The notes under the pieces: model-generated
What the model saw: only the letters and a program-made list of their open reading frames with translations
Database searches by the model: none
Told to the model about the DNA's origin: nothing
NCBI GenBank assembly: GCA_030247575.1
Contig: JAOTRV010000019.1
Coordinates: forward strand, 13,336-77,335
Source of the DNA: Sulfuritalea sp.
GTDB lineage: Bacteria; Pseudomonadota; Gammaproteobacteria; Burkholderiales; Rhodocyclaceae
DNA: 64,000 bases
Direction of reading: 5' to 3'
Made by a program: the position numbers and the translations under genes
Shown here: positions 8,407 through 16,559 of the stretch, piece after piece
Layout: every line of letters begins with the position of its first letter
How positions within the stretch are numbered: the stretch's first letter is position 1

Positions 8407-9498
8407 ATGGCCGATCTGCGCCCCGCCGCCCGCGTGCCGCTGCTGGTGCTCGGCATGCTGTCCCTCGTGGGCGGCGTGCTGGCCGGTCTGGCGCGGCTGG
8501 ACTGGGGCGTGCCGGCGACCGCGGCCAACGCCGCCGGCTGGCATGGGGCGCTGATGATTTCCGCCTTCCTCGGCACCGTCATCAGCCTCGAACGGGCCGT
8601 CGCGCTGGGCCGCGGCTGGGCCTACGCGGCGCCGGCGGCGGCCAGCATCGGCGGCATCGCCCTGCTCGCCGGGGCGCCGCTGATCCTGCCCAAACTGCTG
8701 CTGGTCGTCGCCGCCGCGACCCTGGTGGCCGCCAGCATCCAGGTGCTGTACCGGCTGGTGGCGCCCTTCACCGTCATCCTCGGCGCCGGTGCCCTGTGCT
8801 GGCTGATCGGCAACTTCGCCTGGCTCGCCGGCGGCCCGCTGACGGCGGCCGTGCCCTGGTGGCTGGCCTTCCTGGTGCTGACCATCGCCGGCGAGCGGCT
8901 CGAACTGACGCGCTTCCTGCCCACGCCGGTCGCGGCGCATCGGCTGTTCTTCGCCATCGTCGGCGGCATCCTCGCCGGCGCCGCGCTCAGCCTCGGCGAG
9001 GAAGACGCCGGCCTCGCCCTGTTCGCCGCCGGCCTGCTGGCGCTGGCGCTCTGGCTGCTGCGCTACGACATCGCGCGGCGCAACGCGCGAACCACGGGGC
9101 TGACGCGCTTCATCGCCCTCTGCCTGCTCTCCGGCTACGCCTGGCTGGTGCTGGCCGGCCTGCTCGGCCTGGCCGGCGGCTTCCTGCCCGGCCATCCGTG
9201 GCGCGATGCGACGCTGCATGCGGTCGGCCTCGGCTTCGTCTTCTCGATGATCTTCGGCCACGCGCCGATCATTTTTCCGGCCGTGGTGCGGGTGAAGATT
9301 CCCTATCACCCGTTTTTCTACCTGCCGCTGCTGGTGCTGCACGCCTCGCTGGCGCTGCGCATGCTCGGCGGCCTCGACGACGCCTTTGCGCTGCGCCGCG
9401 AAGGCGGCATGCTCAATGCCGTCGCCCTGCTGCTGTTCGTCGCCACGATGATCGCCAGCGTCGTGCGCGGCCGCCGCGAAACCCCGGGAGCCGCATGA
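8407..9498 (+). CDS. Polytopic inner-membrane protein (possibly distant NnrS-like)
   Basis: 363 aa with about 10 hydrophobic segments and conserved-looking His residues (WHGALM, LHAVGLGF..FGHAP). The family assignment is uncertain. Confidence 0.65.
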   Translation: MADLRPAARVPLLVLGMLSLVGGVLAGLARLDWGVPATAANAAGWHGALMISAFLGTVISLERAVALGRGWAYAAPAAASIGGIALLAGAPLILPKLLLVVAAATLVAASIQVLYRLVAPFTVILGAGALCWLIGNFAWLAGGPLTAAVPWWLAFLVLTIAGERLELTRFLPTPVAAHRLFFAIVGGILAGAALSLGEEDAGLALFAAGLLALALWLLRYDIARRNARTTGLTRFIALCLLSGYAWLVLAGLLGLAGGFLPGHPWRDATLHAVGLGFVFSMIFGHAPIIFPAVVRVKIPYHPFFYLPLLVLHASLALRMLGGLDDAFALRREGGMLNAVALLLFVATMIASVVRGRRETPGAA

Positions 9499-10316
9499 TG
9501 GGCGCGATACAGGAATCCGGCCTGGCAATGTTCGGCAAGCCCGCCGCCGGCCCGCAGGACAAATGGACCACCGAGCGCGTGCTGTCGATCCGCTGGTGGA
9601 CGCCGACGCTGGCGACCCTGCGCACCACGCGCTATCGCGGCTTCCGCTTCACGCCGGGCCACTACACGCGGCTCGGGCTCGGCGCCGCCGATGACATTGT
9701 CTGGCGCCCCTTCTCGCTGGCCTCGGCGGCCTACGACGACTACCTCGAATTCATCGCCGTGCTGGTGCCGGGCGGGGCGTTCTCCGGGCAACTGCAGCAC
9801 CTGCGCGCCGGCGACAGAATCCGCGTCGACAAGGCCAGCTACGGCTTCCTCACCGTCGATCAACTGGCCGCCGGCCGCGACCTCTGGCTGCTGGCCAGCG
9901 GCACTGGGCTCGGGCCCTTCCTGTCGATCCTGCGCGATCCTGCCGTCTGGCAGAACTACGAGCGCCTGATCGTCGCGCACAGCGTGCGCCATTCGTCCGA
10001 GCTGGCCTGGCGCGACGAAATCGCCGCCATGCCCAAGGGCGAACTGTTCGCCGATGCCGAGGCCGCGCTCACCTACCTGCCGGTCGTCACCCGCGAGCCG
10101 GGCGCGGCCGCACTGGCCGAACGCATCCCGCTGCTGCTTGCCGACGGCCGCCTTGAAGCCGCGGCCGCGACCCCGCTCGACGTCGCGACCTCGCGCGTGC
10201 TGGTCTGCGGCAATCCCGAAATGACCCGCGAGCTGCGCCAGGCACTGGCCGCGCGCGGCTTCGCCACCAATCGCCGCGGCGTGCCGGGGCAGATGGCCTT
10301 CGAAAAATACTGGTAG
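9495..10316 (+). CDS. fpr: Ferredoxin-NADP(+) reductase
   Basis: WTTERVLSIRWWTPTL..FRFTPGHYTRLG...RPFSLAS...LLASGTGLGPF...CGNPEM...EKYW. The ATG overlaps the upstream stop (ATGA). The downstream MFGK start is an alternative. Confidence 0.85.
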   Translation: MMGAIQESGLAMFGKPAAGPQDKWTTERVLSIRWWTPTLATLRTTRYRGFRFTPGHYTRLGLGAADDIVWRPFSLASAAYDDYLEFIAVLVPGGAFSGQLQHLRAGDRIRVDKASYGFLTVDQLAAGRDLWLLASGTGLGPFLSILRDPAVWQNYERLIVAHSVRHSSELAWRDEIAAMPKGELFADAEAALTYLPVVTREPGAAALAERIPLLLADGRLEAAAATPLDVATSRVLVCGNPEMTRELRQALAARGFATNRRGVPGQMAFEKYW

Positions 10317-10334
10317 CCGCGAGACGCCGCCGCG

Positions 10335-10730
10335 ATGAAGCGCCATCCCGATCTGCTGCAGCTCTCGCGCGAGCACTACGCTGCGCTGAAACTGGCGCGC
10401 GACGCGCGGCGCGCCGCCGGATCGGGCGAAGCGGATGAGGTGGCGGCGCTCGCGCAGCGCGTCGTCGCCCTCTTCGCCGCCGAGCTCGATCCGCACTTCC
10501 GCGTCGAGGAGCAGGGCATCCTGATTCTCCTGGCAGAAGCCGGCGAGCATGAGCTGGCGGGGCGCACCCTGGCCGACCACGCCGAGCTGCGCCGCCTCGC
10601 CAGGCGGCTGGCCACGCCCGATGCGGAGACGCTGCTGAGTTTCGCCGAGCTGCTCGGCGCGCATGTGCGCTTCGAGGAGCGCGAAGTCTTCGAGGCGGCC
10701 CAGGCCCGGCTCGATAGGCTTACCGTCTGA
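10335..10730 (+). CDS. Hemerythrin-like domain protein
   Basis: 131 aa with a helical H/E-rich pattern (LSREHYAAL...LDPHFRVEE...HVRFEEREVFE). Confidence 0.65.
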   Translation: MKRHPDLLQLSREHYAALKLARDARRAAGSGEADEVAALAQRVVALFAAELDPHFRVEEQGILILLAEAGEHELAGRTLADHAELRRLARRLATPDAETLLSFAELLGAHVRFEEREVFEAAQARLDRLTV

Positions 10731-10738
10731 ACAACGCC

Positions 10739-12145
10739 ATGACCCGGCAAGCCGTCGCCAGACGAGTCATCGAGATCAAGCCCTACGGCGATCCGGAGGC
10801 CAAGGTGTACCCGCGCTCGATCAGCGGCATCTACGCGCGCTGGCGCTGGATTTTCGTCTGGCTCACGCAGGGCATCTTCTACGGCCTGTGCTGGCTGCCG
10901 TGGCGCGACCGGCAGGCCGTCCTGTTCGACATCGACGCGCGTAAGTTCTACATCTTCGATCTGGTGCTCTGGCCGCAGGACACGATCTATCTCGCGCTGC
11001 TGATGATCATCGGCGCGCTGGCGCTGTTCCTGTTCACCGCGGTCGCCGGGCGCCTGTGGTGCGGCTATGCCTGCCCGCAAACTGTCTACACGGAAATCTT
11101 CCTGTGGTTCGAGAAAGTCATTGAAGGCGAGCGGCGACAGCGCATCATGCTCGATGCCGCGCCGTGGTCGCTGCGCAAGCTGTCGATCAAGACCGCCAAG
11201 CACGCCGCCTGGCTCGCCTTTTCCTTGTGGACCGGCTTCACCTTCGTCGGCTACTTCACGCCGATCCGCGAACTCGCCCACGATCTCGCCACGCTGTCGC
11301 CGGGCGGCTGGTCGGCCTTCTGGGTGCTGTTCTACGGCTTCGCCACCTACGGCAACGCCGGCTTCCTGCGCGAACAGATGTGCCGCCAGATCTGCCCCTA
11401 CGCGCGCTTCCAGTTCGTCATGCTCGATCCCGACACGCTGATCATCGCCTACGACGCCAAGCGCGGCGACGCGCGCGGCCCGCGCGCCAGGGGCGTCGAC
11501 CCGCGCCAGCAGAATCTCGGCGACTGCGTCGACTGCGGCATCTGCGTCCAGGTCTGCCCGACCGGCATCGACATCCGCAACGGCCTGCAGAACGAATGCA
11601 TCGGCTGCGCCGCGTGCATCGACGCCTGCGACCAGGTGATGGACAAGATGGACTATCCGCGCGGCCTGATCCGCTACTCCACGGAAAACGCCGTAAGCGA
11701 GCGCCTCATGCCGCTGGATATCCTGCGCCGGGCCTTCCGGCCGCGGGTGATCATCTACGCCGCCATCCTGCTCACGCTATCGGCCGCCACCGCCTGGTCG
11801 CTGTCGATGCGCATCCCGCTGAAAGTGAATGTGCTCAAGGACCGCGGCGCGCTGTCGCGCGAGGCCGACGACGGCACCGTCGAGAACATCTACCGGCTGC
11901 AGATCATGAACACCGGCGACCAGACCCGCACCTTCCGCATCCGCATCGCCGGCGTCGACGGCATCCGCCTCCACGACGACAAGCCGATCACCGTGCCCGG
12001 CGGCGAGATCGGCAGCCGCACCGCCAGCGTCCGGGCCGACCCCGGCGCGGCGAAATCCGGCGCCATCCCGATCCGCTTCAGCGTCGAGGACGTCGCCGAC
12101 GCCGCGGTGGCCGTCACCGAACAGTCGAAATTCTGGATGCCCTGA
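10739..12145 (+). CDS. ccoG: CcoG/FixG-type 4Fe-4S membrane ferredoxin
   Basis: 468 aa with RLWCGYACPQT, two CxxCxxCxxxCP motifs (CVDCGICVQVCP, CIGCAACIDAC) and a C-terminal Ig-like region. Confidence 0.85.
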   Translation: MTRQAVARRVIEIKPYGDPEAKVYPRSISGIYARWRWIFVWLTQGIFYGLCWLPWRDRQAVLFDIDARKFYIFDLVLWPQDTIYLALLMIIGALALFLFTAVAGRLWCGYACPQTVYTEIFLWFEKVIEGERRQRIMLDAAPWSLRKLSIKTAKHAAWLAFSLWTGFTFVGYFTPIRELAHDLATLSPGGWSAFWVLFYGFATYGNAGFLREQMCRQICPYARFQFVMLDPDTLIIAYDAKRGDARGPRARGVDPRQQNLGDCVDCGICVQVCPTGIDIRNGLQNECIGCAACIDACDQVMDKMDYPRGLIRYSTENAVSERLMPLDILRRAFRPRVIIYAAILLTLSAATAWSLSMRIPLKVNVLKDRGALSREADDGTVENIYRLQIMNTGDQTRTFRIRIAGVDGIRLHDDKPITVPGGEIGSRTASVRADPGAAKSGAIPIRFSVEDVADAAVAVTEQSKFWMP

Positions 12146-12198
12146 CGCGATTTGACGCGGGATTTGACGCAAACCCGAATTCCTGTTCCGATAGATTC

Positions 12199-12429
12199 AT
12201 GGCGAAGAAATTTCCCCTGCACCCGAAGCACCCCGAGCGCATCTGCTGGGGCTGCGACAAATACTGCCCGGTCGGTTCGCTCGAATGCGGCAACGGCTCG
12301 GACCGCACCCAGCACCCGATGGAACTGCTTGGCGAGGACTGGCTCGACTACGGCGACTGGGACATCGATACCGCAACGGAACCGCCCCGCACTACCGGCG
12401 GCACCGACAAGGGGCCGGCTTCGAAGTAG
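12199..12429 (+). CDS. Small Cys-rich protein, DUF3079-like
   Basis: 76 aa starting MAKKFPLHPKHPERICWGCDKYCP. The family name is recalled from memory. Confidence 0.55.
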   Translation: MAKKFPLHPKHPERICWGCDKYCPVGSLECGNGSDRTQHPMELLGEDWLDYGDWDIDTATEPPRTTGGTDKGPASK

Positions 12430-12454
12430 CTCCGGAGGTGCCTCCGCTGCAAGA

Positions 12455-12475
12455 GTCGGCGCTGGCGGGACGGTA
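12455..12475 (+). repeat. Interspersed motif, copy B (GTCGGCGCTGGCGGGACGGTA)
   Basis: Intergenic, 26 nt downstream of the DUF3079-like stop. Confidence 0.8.
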
Positions 12476-12538
12476 ATCAAAACAAAATCGAACCCGACCA
12501 CTTATTGCTGGCTATTGGATAGCAAATTGAAACCAATG

Positions 12539-13204
12539 CTAGCGCTTCGTTGCTTCTTCATAGCGAAGTGAGGCGGTGTACAACAAACCTTCGTCCCCCT
12601 CGGGCGTTTTGGAAGGGTCTGGAAGTAGCCCGCCAAAGCTTGGGTCTTTTCGTCGATCCTCTTGGGCATGCCGAAGAATTGCAGCGACCGTCTTATTCAT
12701 GCTTCGCGGATCGAGAATTGCCTGAACTATTGAAACGAATTCGCGCTGCACGCCGATGAGGGCAGCCTTTCTATCTGGAAAGGCGAACAAATCGATCGCG
12801 CCGTCCAAAATACGTTCCGCCGCAACAAGGGCGTCAAGAGCTGGATGTCGATAGCCCTTGTATGCACTTGCCTTGTGATCACCGTGCTCTCCCTCACGCT
12901 CGTTGGGCAATAGAAAACGTCCACGGTCTATAAGCGCAGATAGCCGGTAACGACAGCGAGTAGCGATTGCCTGTTCGCTTGATGACAGCGTTGAATCGCT
13001 TCTTCTACACATATAGGTCGACTCGGCTAGAACATCTACTGCCTCGGATGCCCACGCTCTTAGGTCTCGCAGCCAATCAGCGGCAATGCTTGTCGCGGTC
13101 AAGCGATTCTGACGAGTGGCGGCGTAGTACGCGGCTAGTGCGCCAAGCCCTGTGAGAATGCCGGCGAGTGCGCCCACGATGAAAGTCAGGAATTCCAGCG
13201 TCAT
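12539..13204 (-). CDS. Hypothetical protein with N-terminal TM helix (lower-GC orphan)
   Basis: 221 aa clean ORF. N-terminal hydrophobic helix FLTFIVGALAGILTGLGALAAYY. GC is visibly lower than the surroundings. No recognisable domain. Confidence 0.6.
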   Translation of the reverse strand: MTLEFLTFIVGALAGILTGLGALAAYYAATRQNRLTATSIAADWLRDLRAWASEAVDVLAESTYMCRRSDSTLSSSEQAIATRCRYRLSALIDRGRFLLPNEREGEHGDHKASAYKGYRHPALDALVAAERILDGAIDLFAFPDRKAALIGVQREFVSIVQAILDPRSMNKTVAAILRHAQEDRRKDPSFGGLLPDPSKTPEGDEGLLYTASLRYEEATKR

Positions 13205-13294
13205 CGGCTTGATCTCTCTTTCTTTTCACCCAACGATTAGCGACGATTAGCGGGGTAGCGATTAGGGGGCGGAGTCATTTGCGTTTTGCCAGAA

Positions 13295-13315
13295 GTCGGC
13301 GCTGACGGGGCGGCG
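13295..13315 (+). repeat. Interspersed motif, copy C (GTCGGCGCTGACGGGGCGGCG)
   Basis: Intergenic, about 30 nt downstream of the higA stop. Confidence 0.75.
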
Positions 13316-13347
13316 ATTCGGGCCGCCGTCCGACCGCACCGCAAGGT

Positions 13348-13671
13348 TCAGGCCGCCGTCAACTCCGCATCGCGTCGCCTCCGTGCCGCCTTCGGCTTCC
13401 TGATCGTGACATGGGGCTCCAGACCGGCGACGGCGGCCATGTCGATCAATGCTTCCAGCGAGAACAGGCTGATCTTGCCGCGCATGAGGTCGGACATGCG
13501 CGGTTGCGTAATGCCGAAGAGGCCGGCGGCCTCGGCCTGGGTCTTGCCGCTGGTCTTTACCCAGGCCTGCATGGCCATCATCAGTTCGGAGCGCGCGCGC
13601 ATGCCGGCGGCTTGCTGCGGCGTATCCTCGATGGCGTCCCAGACGCTGGCGAATCGTTGTCCCTTGCTCAT
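13348..13671 (-). CDS. higA: XRE-family HTH antitoxin (HigA-like)
   Basis: 107 aa with KTQAEAAGLFGITQPRMSDLMRGK. There is a 4-nt overlap (ATGA) with the upstream toxin gene. Confidence 0.8.
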   Translation of the reverse strand: MSKGQRFASVWDAIEDTPQQAAGMRARSELMMAMQAWVKTSGKTQAEAAGLFGITQPRMSDLMRGKISLFSLEALIDMAAVAGLEPHVTIRKPKAARRRRDAELTAA

Positions 13672-14000
13672 GGCTGTTTCCTCATCAATTCCCTGAAGCG
13701 GCTGCGGGCGAGCCTGATGTCCTTCTCGCTGGTTTCCTGCGTCTTCTTCTGGAAGCAATGCAGGACATACACCGCATCGGCCAGCTTCGCCAGGTAGATC
13801 ACCCGAAAGGCGCCGGCTTCATCCCGTATGCGAATCTCCCTGACGCCGGCGCCGATGGCGGTCATGGGCTTCCAGTCGTCGGCTTCTTCGCCTCGCTGCA
13901 CCTTGTCGAGCTGGAATCCGGCCTCCTGGCGGGCGTTGCCGGGAAAGGCGCGCAGAGTCTCGATGCTGTCACCAAGGAATTCGACCGGCTTGACCGTCAT
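13668..14000 (-). CDS. higB: RelE/HigB-type toxin (Gp49-like)
   Basis: 110 aa starting MTVKPVEFLGDSIETLRAFP...REIRIRDEAGAFRVIYLAKLADAVYVLHCFQKKTQ, the classical toxin-first higBA order. Confidence 0.8.
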   Translation of the reverse strand: MTVKPVEFLGDSIETLRAFPGNARQEAGFQLDKVQRGEEADDWKPMTAIGAGVREIRIRDEAGAFRVIYLAKLADAVYVLHCFQKKTQETSEKDIRLARSRFRELMRKQP

Positions 14001-14078
14001 GGCCGGAATATACAAGAACTTGTAACTCCGGCGCAAGAGGGGGCTTCCTCCTCGCGTCGACTGCACCACCCCGCAAGA

Positions 14079-14099
14079 GTCGACGTCGGCGGGACGGCG
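14079..14099 (+). repeat. Interspersed motif, copy D (GTCGACGTCGGCGGGACGGCG)
   Basis: Intergenic, 15 nt downstream of the LapA-like stop. Confidence 0.75.
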
Positions 14100-14113
14100 T
14101 TTCGGCATTGGCC

Positions 14114-14509
14114 TTAAGGCGGATTCTTTTCCGCGCCCGTCCCGGCAATCAGCGTCTTCAATCCGACATAGGGCTTCTCCGCCGGCGTTGCGTTCGCAGG
14201 CGCCGGGGACAGGCGCGCGACTTCGGCTTCGAGTTCGCGGCTGCGCTGCTGCTGCGCGGCCAACTGGCGCTCGAGATCGGATACCTGCTTGCGCAGGCGG
14301 CCCATGGTCCATTGGCCCCGGATCACCGCAGGCGAAGACAGCAGGCCGGCGATCAGTGCGCCGAGGCCGAGGGACACCAGCAGCACCAGCGCCAGCGAGC
14401 CTTCGAAGCGCCACAGCGCGATCGCCACGGCCACGGGCAGGTTGTTCTGCAGGGCGAAGACCACGGCCCCGATGGCGACGATGATGCCGAGAATCAAGGT
14501 GAGCTGCAT
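14114..14509 (-). CDS. LapA-family (DUF1049) inner-membrane protein
   Basis: 131 aa with two TM helices followed by a coiled coil (LRKQVSDLERQLAAQQQRSRELEAEV). Confidence 0.7.
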   Translation of the reverse strand: MQLTLILGIIVAIGAVVFALQNNLPVAVAIALWRFEGSLALVLLVSLGLGALIAGLLSSPAVIRGQWTMGRLRKQVSDLERQLAAQQQRSRELEAEVARLSPAPANATPAEKPYVGLKTLIAGTGAEKNPP

Positions 14510-14775
14510 GTTCGTCCTTTCGAGTGCAATTGATGAAACCGTTGCCGGCACAGGGCCGGACGCGAGCTAGTGTAGCGGCAATCTGTCGCGAAAGTCATAG
14601 GAATCCGGCCCCGGCCCGCCCCGGCTCGCCGGATAACGCGAAGCAGGTATTGCATTTATCATGCACTGATCCATAATCGCGTTCAGCATATGTGAAGTCT
14701 GTCACGGATGACAGCAGGGCGATCCGATAGGATCGATCGGCTCAGGAGAAGTTCATTTCCGATCGGGAAGATGCC

Positions 14776-15090
14776 ATGGACCACGACCCCCACTTTCGCA
14801 CGCCGGAAGATGTTCGCACCTACATCAAGGAAGACACGGCGGAGCAAAACGCCCTCTGGCAGGAGAAATACGAGCACATCCTGCGCGCCAAGAATGCCGT
14901 GTGGCTCCTGCTGCTGGTGGTGTTTTGTTTGCAGGTCTACATGATCAACGTCATGATCGAGGCGACCCGCCTGGAGACGCGCGCGATGCAGAATGCCGCC
15001 GGCGTCAGGCTGATCAACTGCCGGCCTGCGGGAGCTGCGGGAGTAGACGCCGGCGGGACGGCGGCGCCACCCGCCGGCAAGTCGATCTAG
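14776..15090 (+). CDS. Hypothetical single-TM protein
   Basis: 104 aa ORF with one hydrophobic helix. The 3' end is formed by a copy of the interspersed motif, so the true stop and reality of the gene are uncertain. Confidence 0.35.
   Translation: MDHDPHFRTPEDVRTYIKEDTAEQNALWQEKYEHILRAKNAVWLLLLVVFCLQVYMINVMIEATRLETRAMQNAAGVRLINCRPAGAAGVDAGGTAAPPAGKSI
15043..15063 (+). repeat. Interspersed motif, copy E (GTAGACGCCGGCGGGACGGCG)
   Basis: At the 3' end of the doubtful ORF 14776..15090. Confidence 0.7.
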
Positions 15091-15154
15091 ACCGGCCGCC
15101 TTCACCGGGGAGCCGCCGGGACGGGGCTTCGGTCCCGGCGGTTCTTGCTTGCTC

Positions 15155-15655
15155 CTATTTCCCCGCGACGCGCCCGATGTCCTCGATGGCATCGACCACC
15201 ATGCGGGTGCCGATGGCGATCAGCAGGATGTCCGAGGCCACGCGCACATAGCGGTGTTCGGGCGGCGGCGGCGGCAGGTGCGAACGAAGATCACGGGGCA
15301 GATCGTAGAAGCGCAGATCCTTGGGCAGCGGCTGGCCCGTCGTCCACTTCTTGGCCTGGCCCGGCGGCATGCAGCCGTTGTGCTTCTTGGCCAGGCCCGG
15401 CGGGCACTTGCCCTTGCGGAACTGCGATCCGTAATAGTCGTTGACGTAGCGCCGGACATCGTCGTTGAAGCCGTATCCCGTCGCCGCCGCCGGCGCGCCC
15501 GCCGGCCGGCCGGCTTCCTGGCCGTTCTTGTTCGCCTTGGCCGGCTTGCCCTGTCCCGCCCACTCGGGCTTGTCGGCCCATGCGCTGCCGGCGGCAAGCC
15601 CGGCCAGCACGGCCAGCATGGCCAGGCGCGGCACAACGTTGAGTCTTTTGATCAT
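15155..15655 (-). CDS. Secreted RcnB/CigR-like periplasmic protein
   Basis: 166 aa with a signal peptide (AMLAVLAGLAAGSAWA), GCPPGLAKK..GCMPPGQAKKW repeats and a ...YVRVASDILLIAIGT tail. Confidence 0.6.
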   Translation of the reverse strand: MIKRLNVVPRLAMLAVLAGLAAGSAWADKPEWAGQGKPAKANKNGQEAGRPAGAPAAATGYGFNDDVRRYVNDYYGSQFRKGKCPPGLAKKHNGCMPPGQAKKWTTGQPLPKDLRFYDLPRDLRSHLPPPPPEHRYVRVASDILLIAIGTRMVVDAIEDIGRVAGK

Positions 15656-15787
15656 GGTTGACCTTCCGATGATGAGAAGCGATGGTCGACTCTACCGAGT
15701 CGCGTGCGCCGCTGCCAGCGCCATCGCCCGGCCGCCGTGACATCAGTCACGCCCGCCGGCAATTGGCCTTGGCGGCGGCTCGCCCGG

Positions 15788-16525
15788 TCAGATCGCCAGT
15801 GTCAGGCCGCCATCGACGACGAAGATGTGTCCGGTCGCATAGCGGGTGCGCAGCAGGCCCAGCGCGGCCTCGACGCAATCGTCGGGCGTGGCGGAGCGTT
15901 TCAGCGGCGCCCTGGTCTTGACGGCTTCGTGCTGCGCCTGCCAGTCCGCGGTCCAGGGCGTTTCGACCAGTCCCGGCGCGACCGCATTGACGCGCACCGG
16001 CGCGCAGGATTTCGCCAGCAGGCGCGTCATCTGGTTGAGCGCGGCCTTCGCCATCGAGTAGGCGATCGAGCTGCCCGCCGGGCGCACGCCGGCGATCGAG
16101 GTGATGTTGATGACATTGCCGTCCTCGCTCTGCATCAGGTGCGGCATCGCGGCCTTGGTCAGCATCCAGGTGCCGGTGACGTTGATGTCGAAGGTCTTGG
16201 CGAAGATCTCGTCGGTCAGCGCCGCGAGATCGGTGTGCGGCACGACCGTGGTCCAGCCGGCATTGTTCACCAGGATGTCGAGCCTGCCGAAGCGCGCGAT
16301 GGTCGCCGCCAGCAGCCGCTCGCCGGCGGCCTTGTCGGCGATGTCGGCCTGCACGTAAAGGGCGTTGGCGCCGAGCTCCGCGGCGATGCGCTGCCCGGCT
16401 TCCACCGAACTCGCCGAGTTGATCACCACCGAGGCGCCGAGCGACGATAACCGGCGCGCGATGGCCTCGCCGATGCCGCTGCTCGATCCCGTGACCAGGG
16501 CCACTCTGTTGGAAAACTCGCTCAT
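15788..16525 (-). CDS. SDR family oxidoreductase
   Basis: 245 aa with TGSSSGIG, NNAG and YSMAKAA motifs. Confidence 0.9.
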   Translation of the reverse strand: MSEFSNRVALVTGSSSGIGEAIARRLSSLGASVVINSASSVEAGQRIAAELGANALYVQADIADKAAGERLLAATIARFGRLDILVNNAGWTTVVPHTDLAALTDEIFAKTFDINVTGTWMLTKAAMPHLMQSEDGNVINITSIAGVRPAGSSIAYSMAKAALNQMTRLLAKSCAPVRVNAVAPGLVETPWTADWQAQHEAVKTRAPLKRSATPDDCVEAALGLLRTRYATGHIFVVDGGLTLAI

Positions 16526-16559
16526 CTCTTCTCCTTGGGTTGTTGTTATTGACGCCGGC

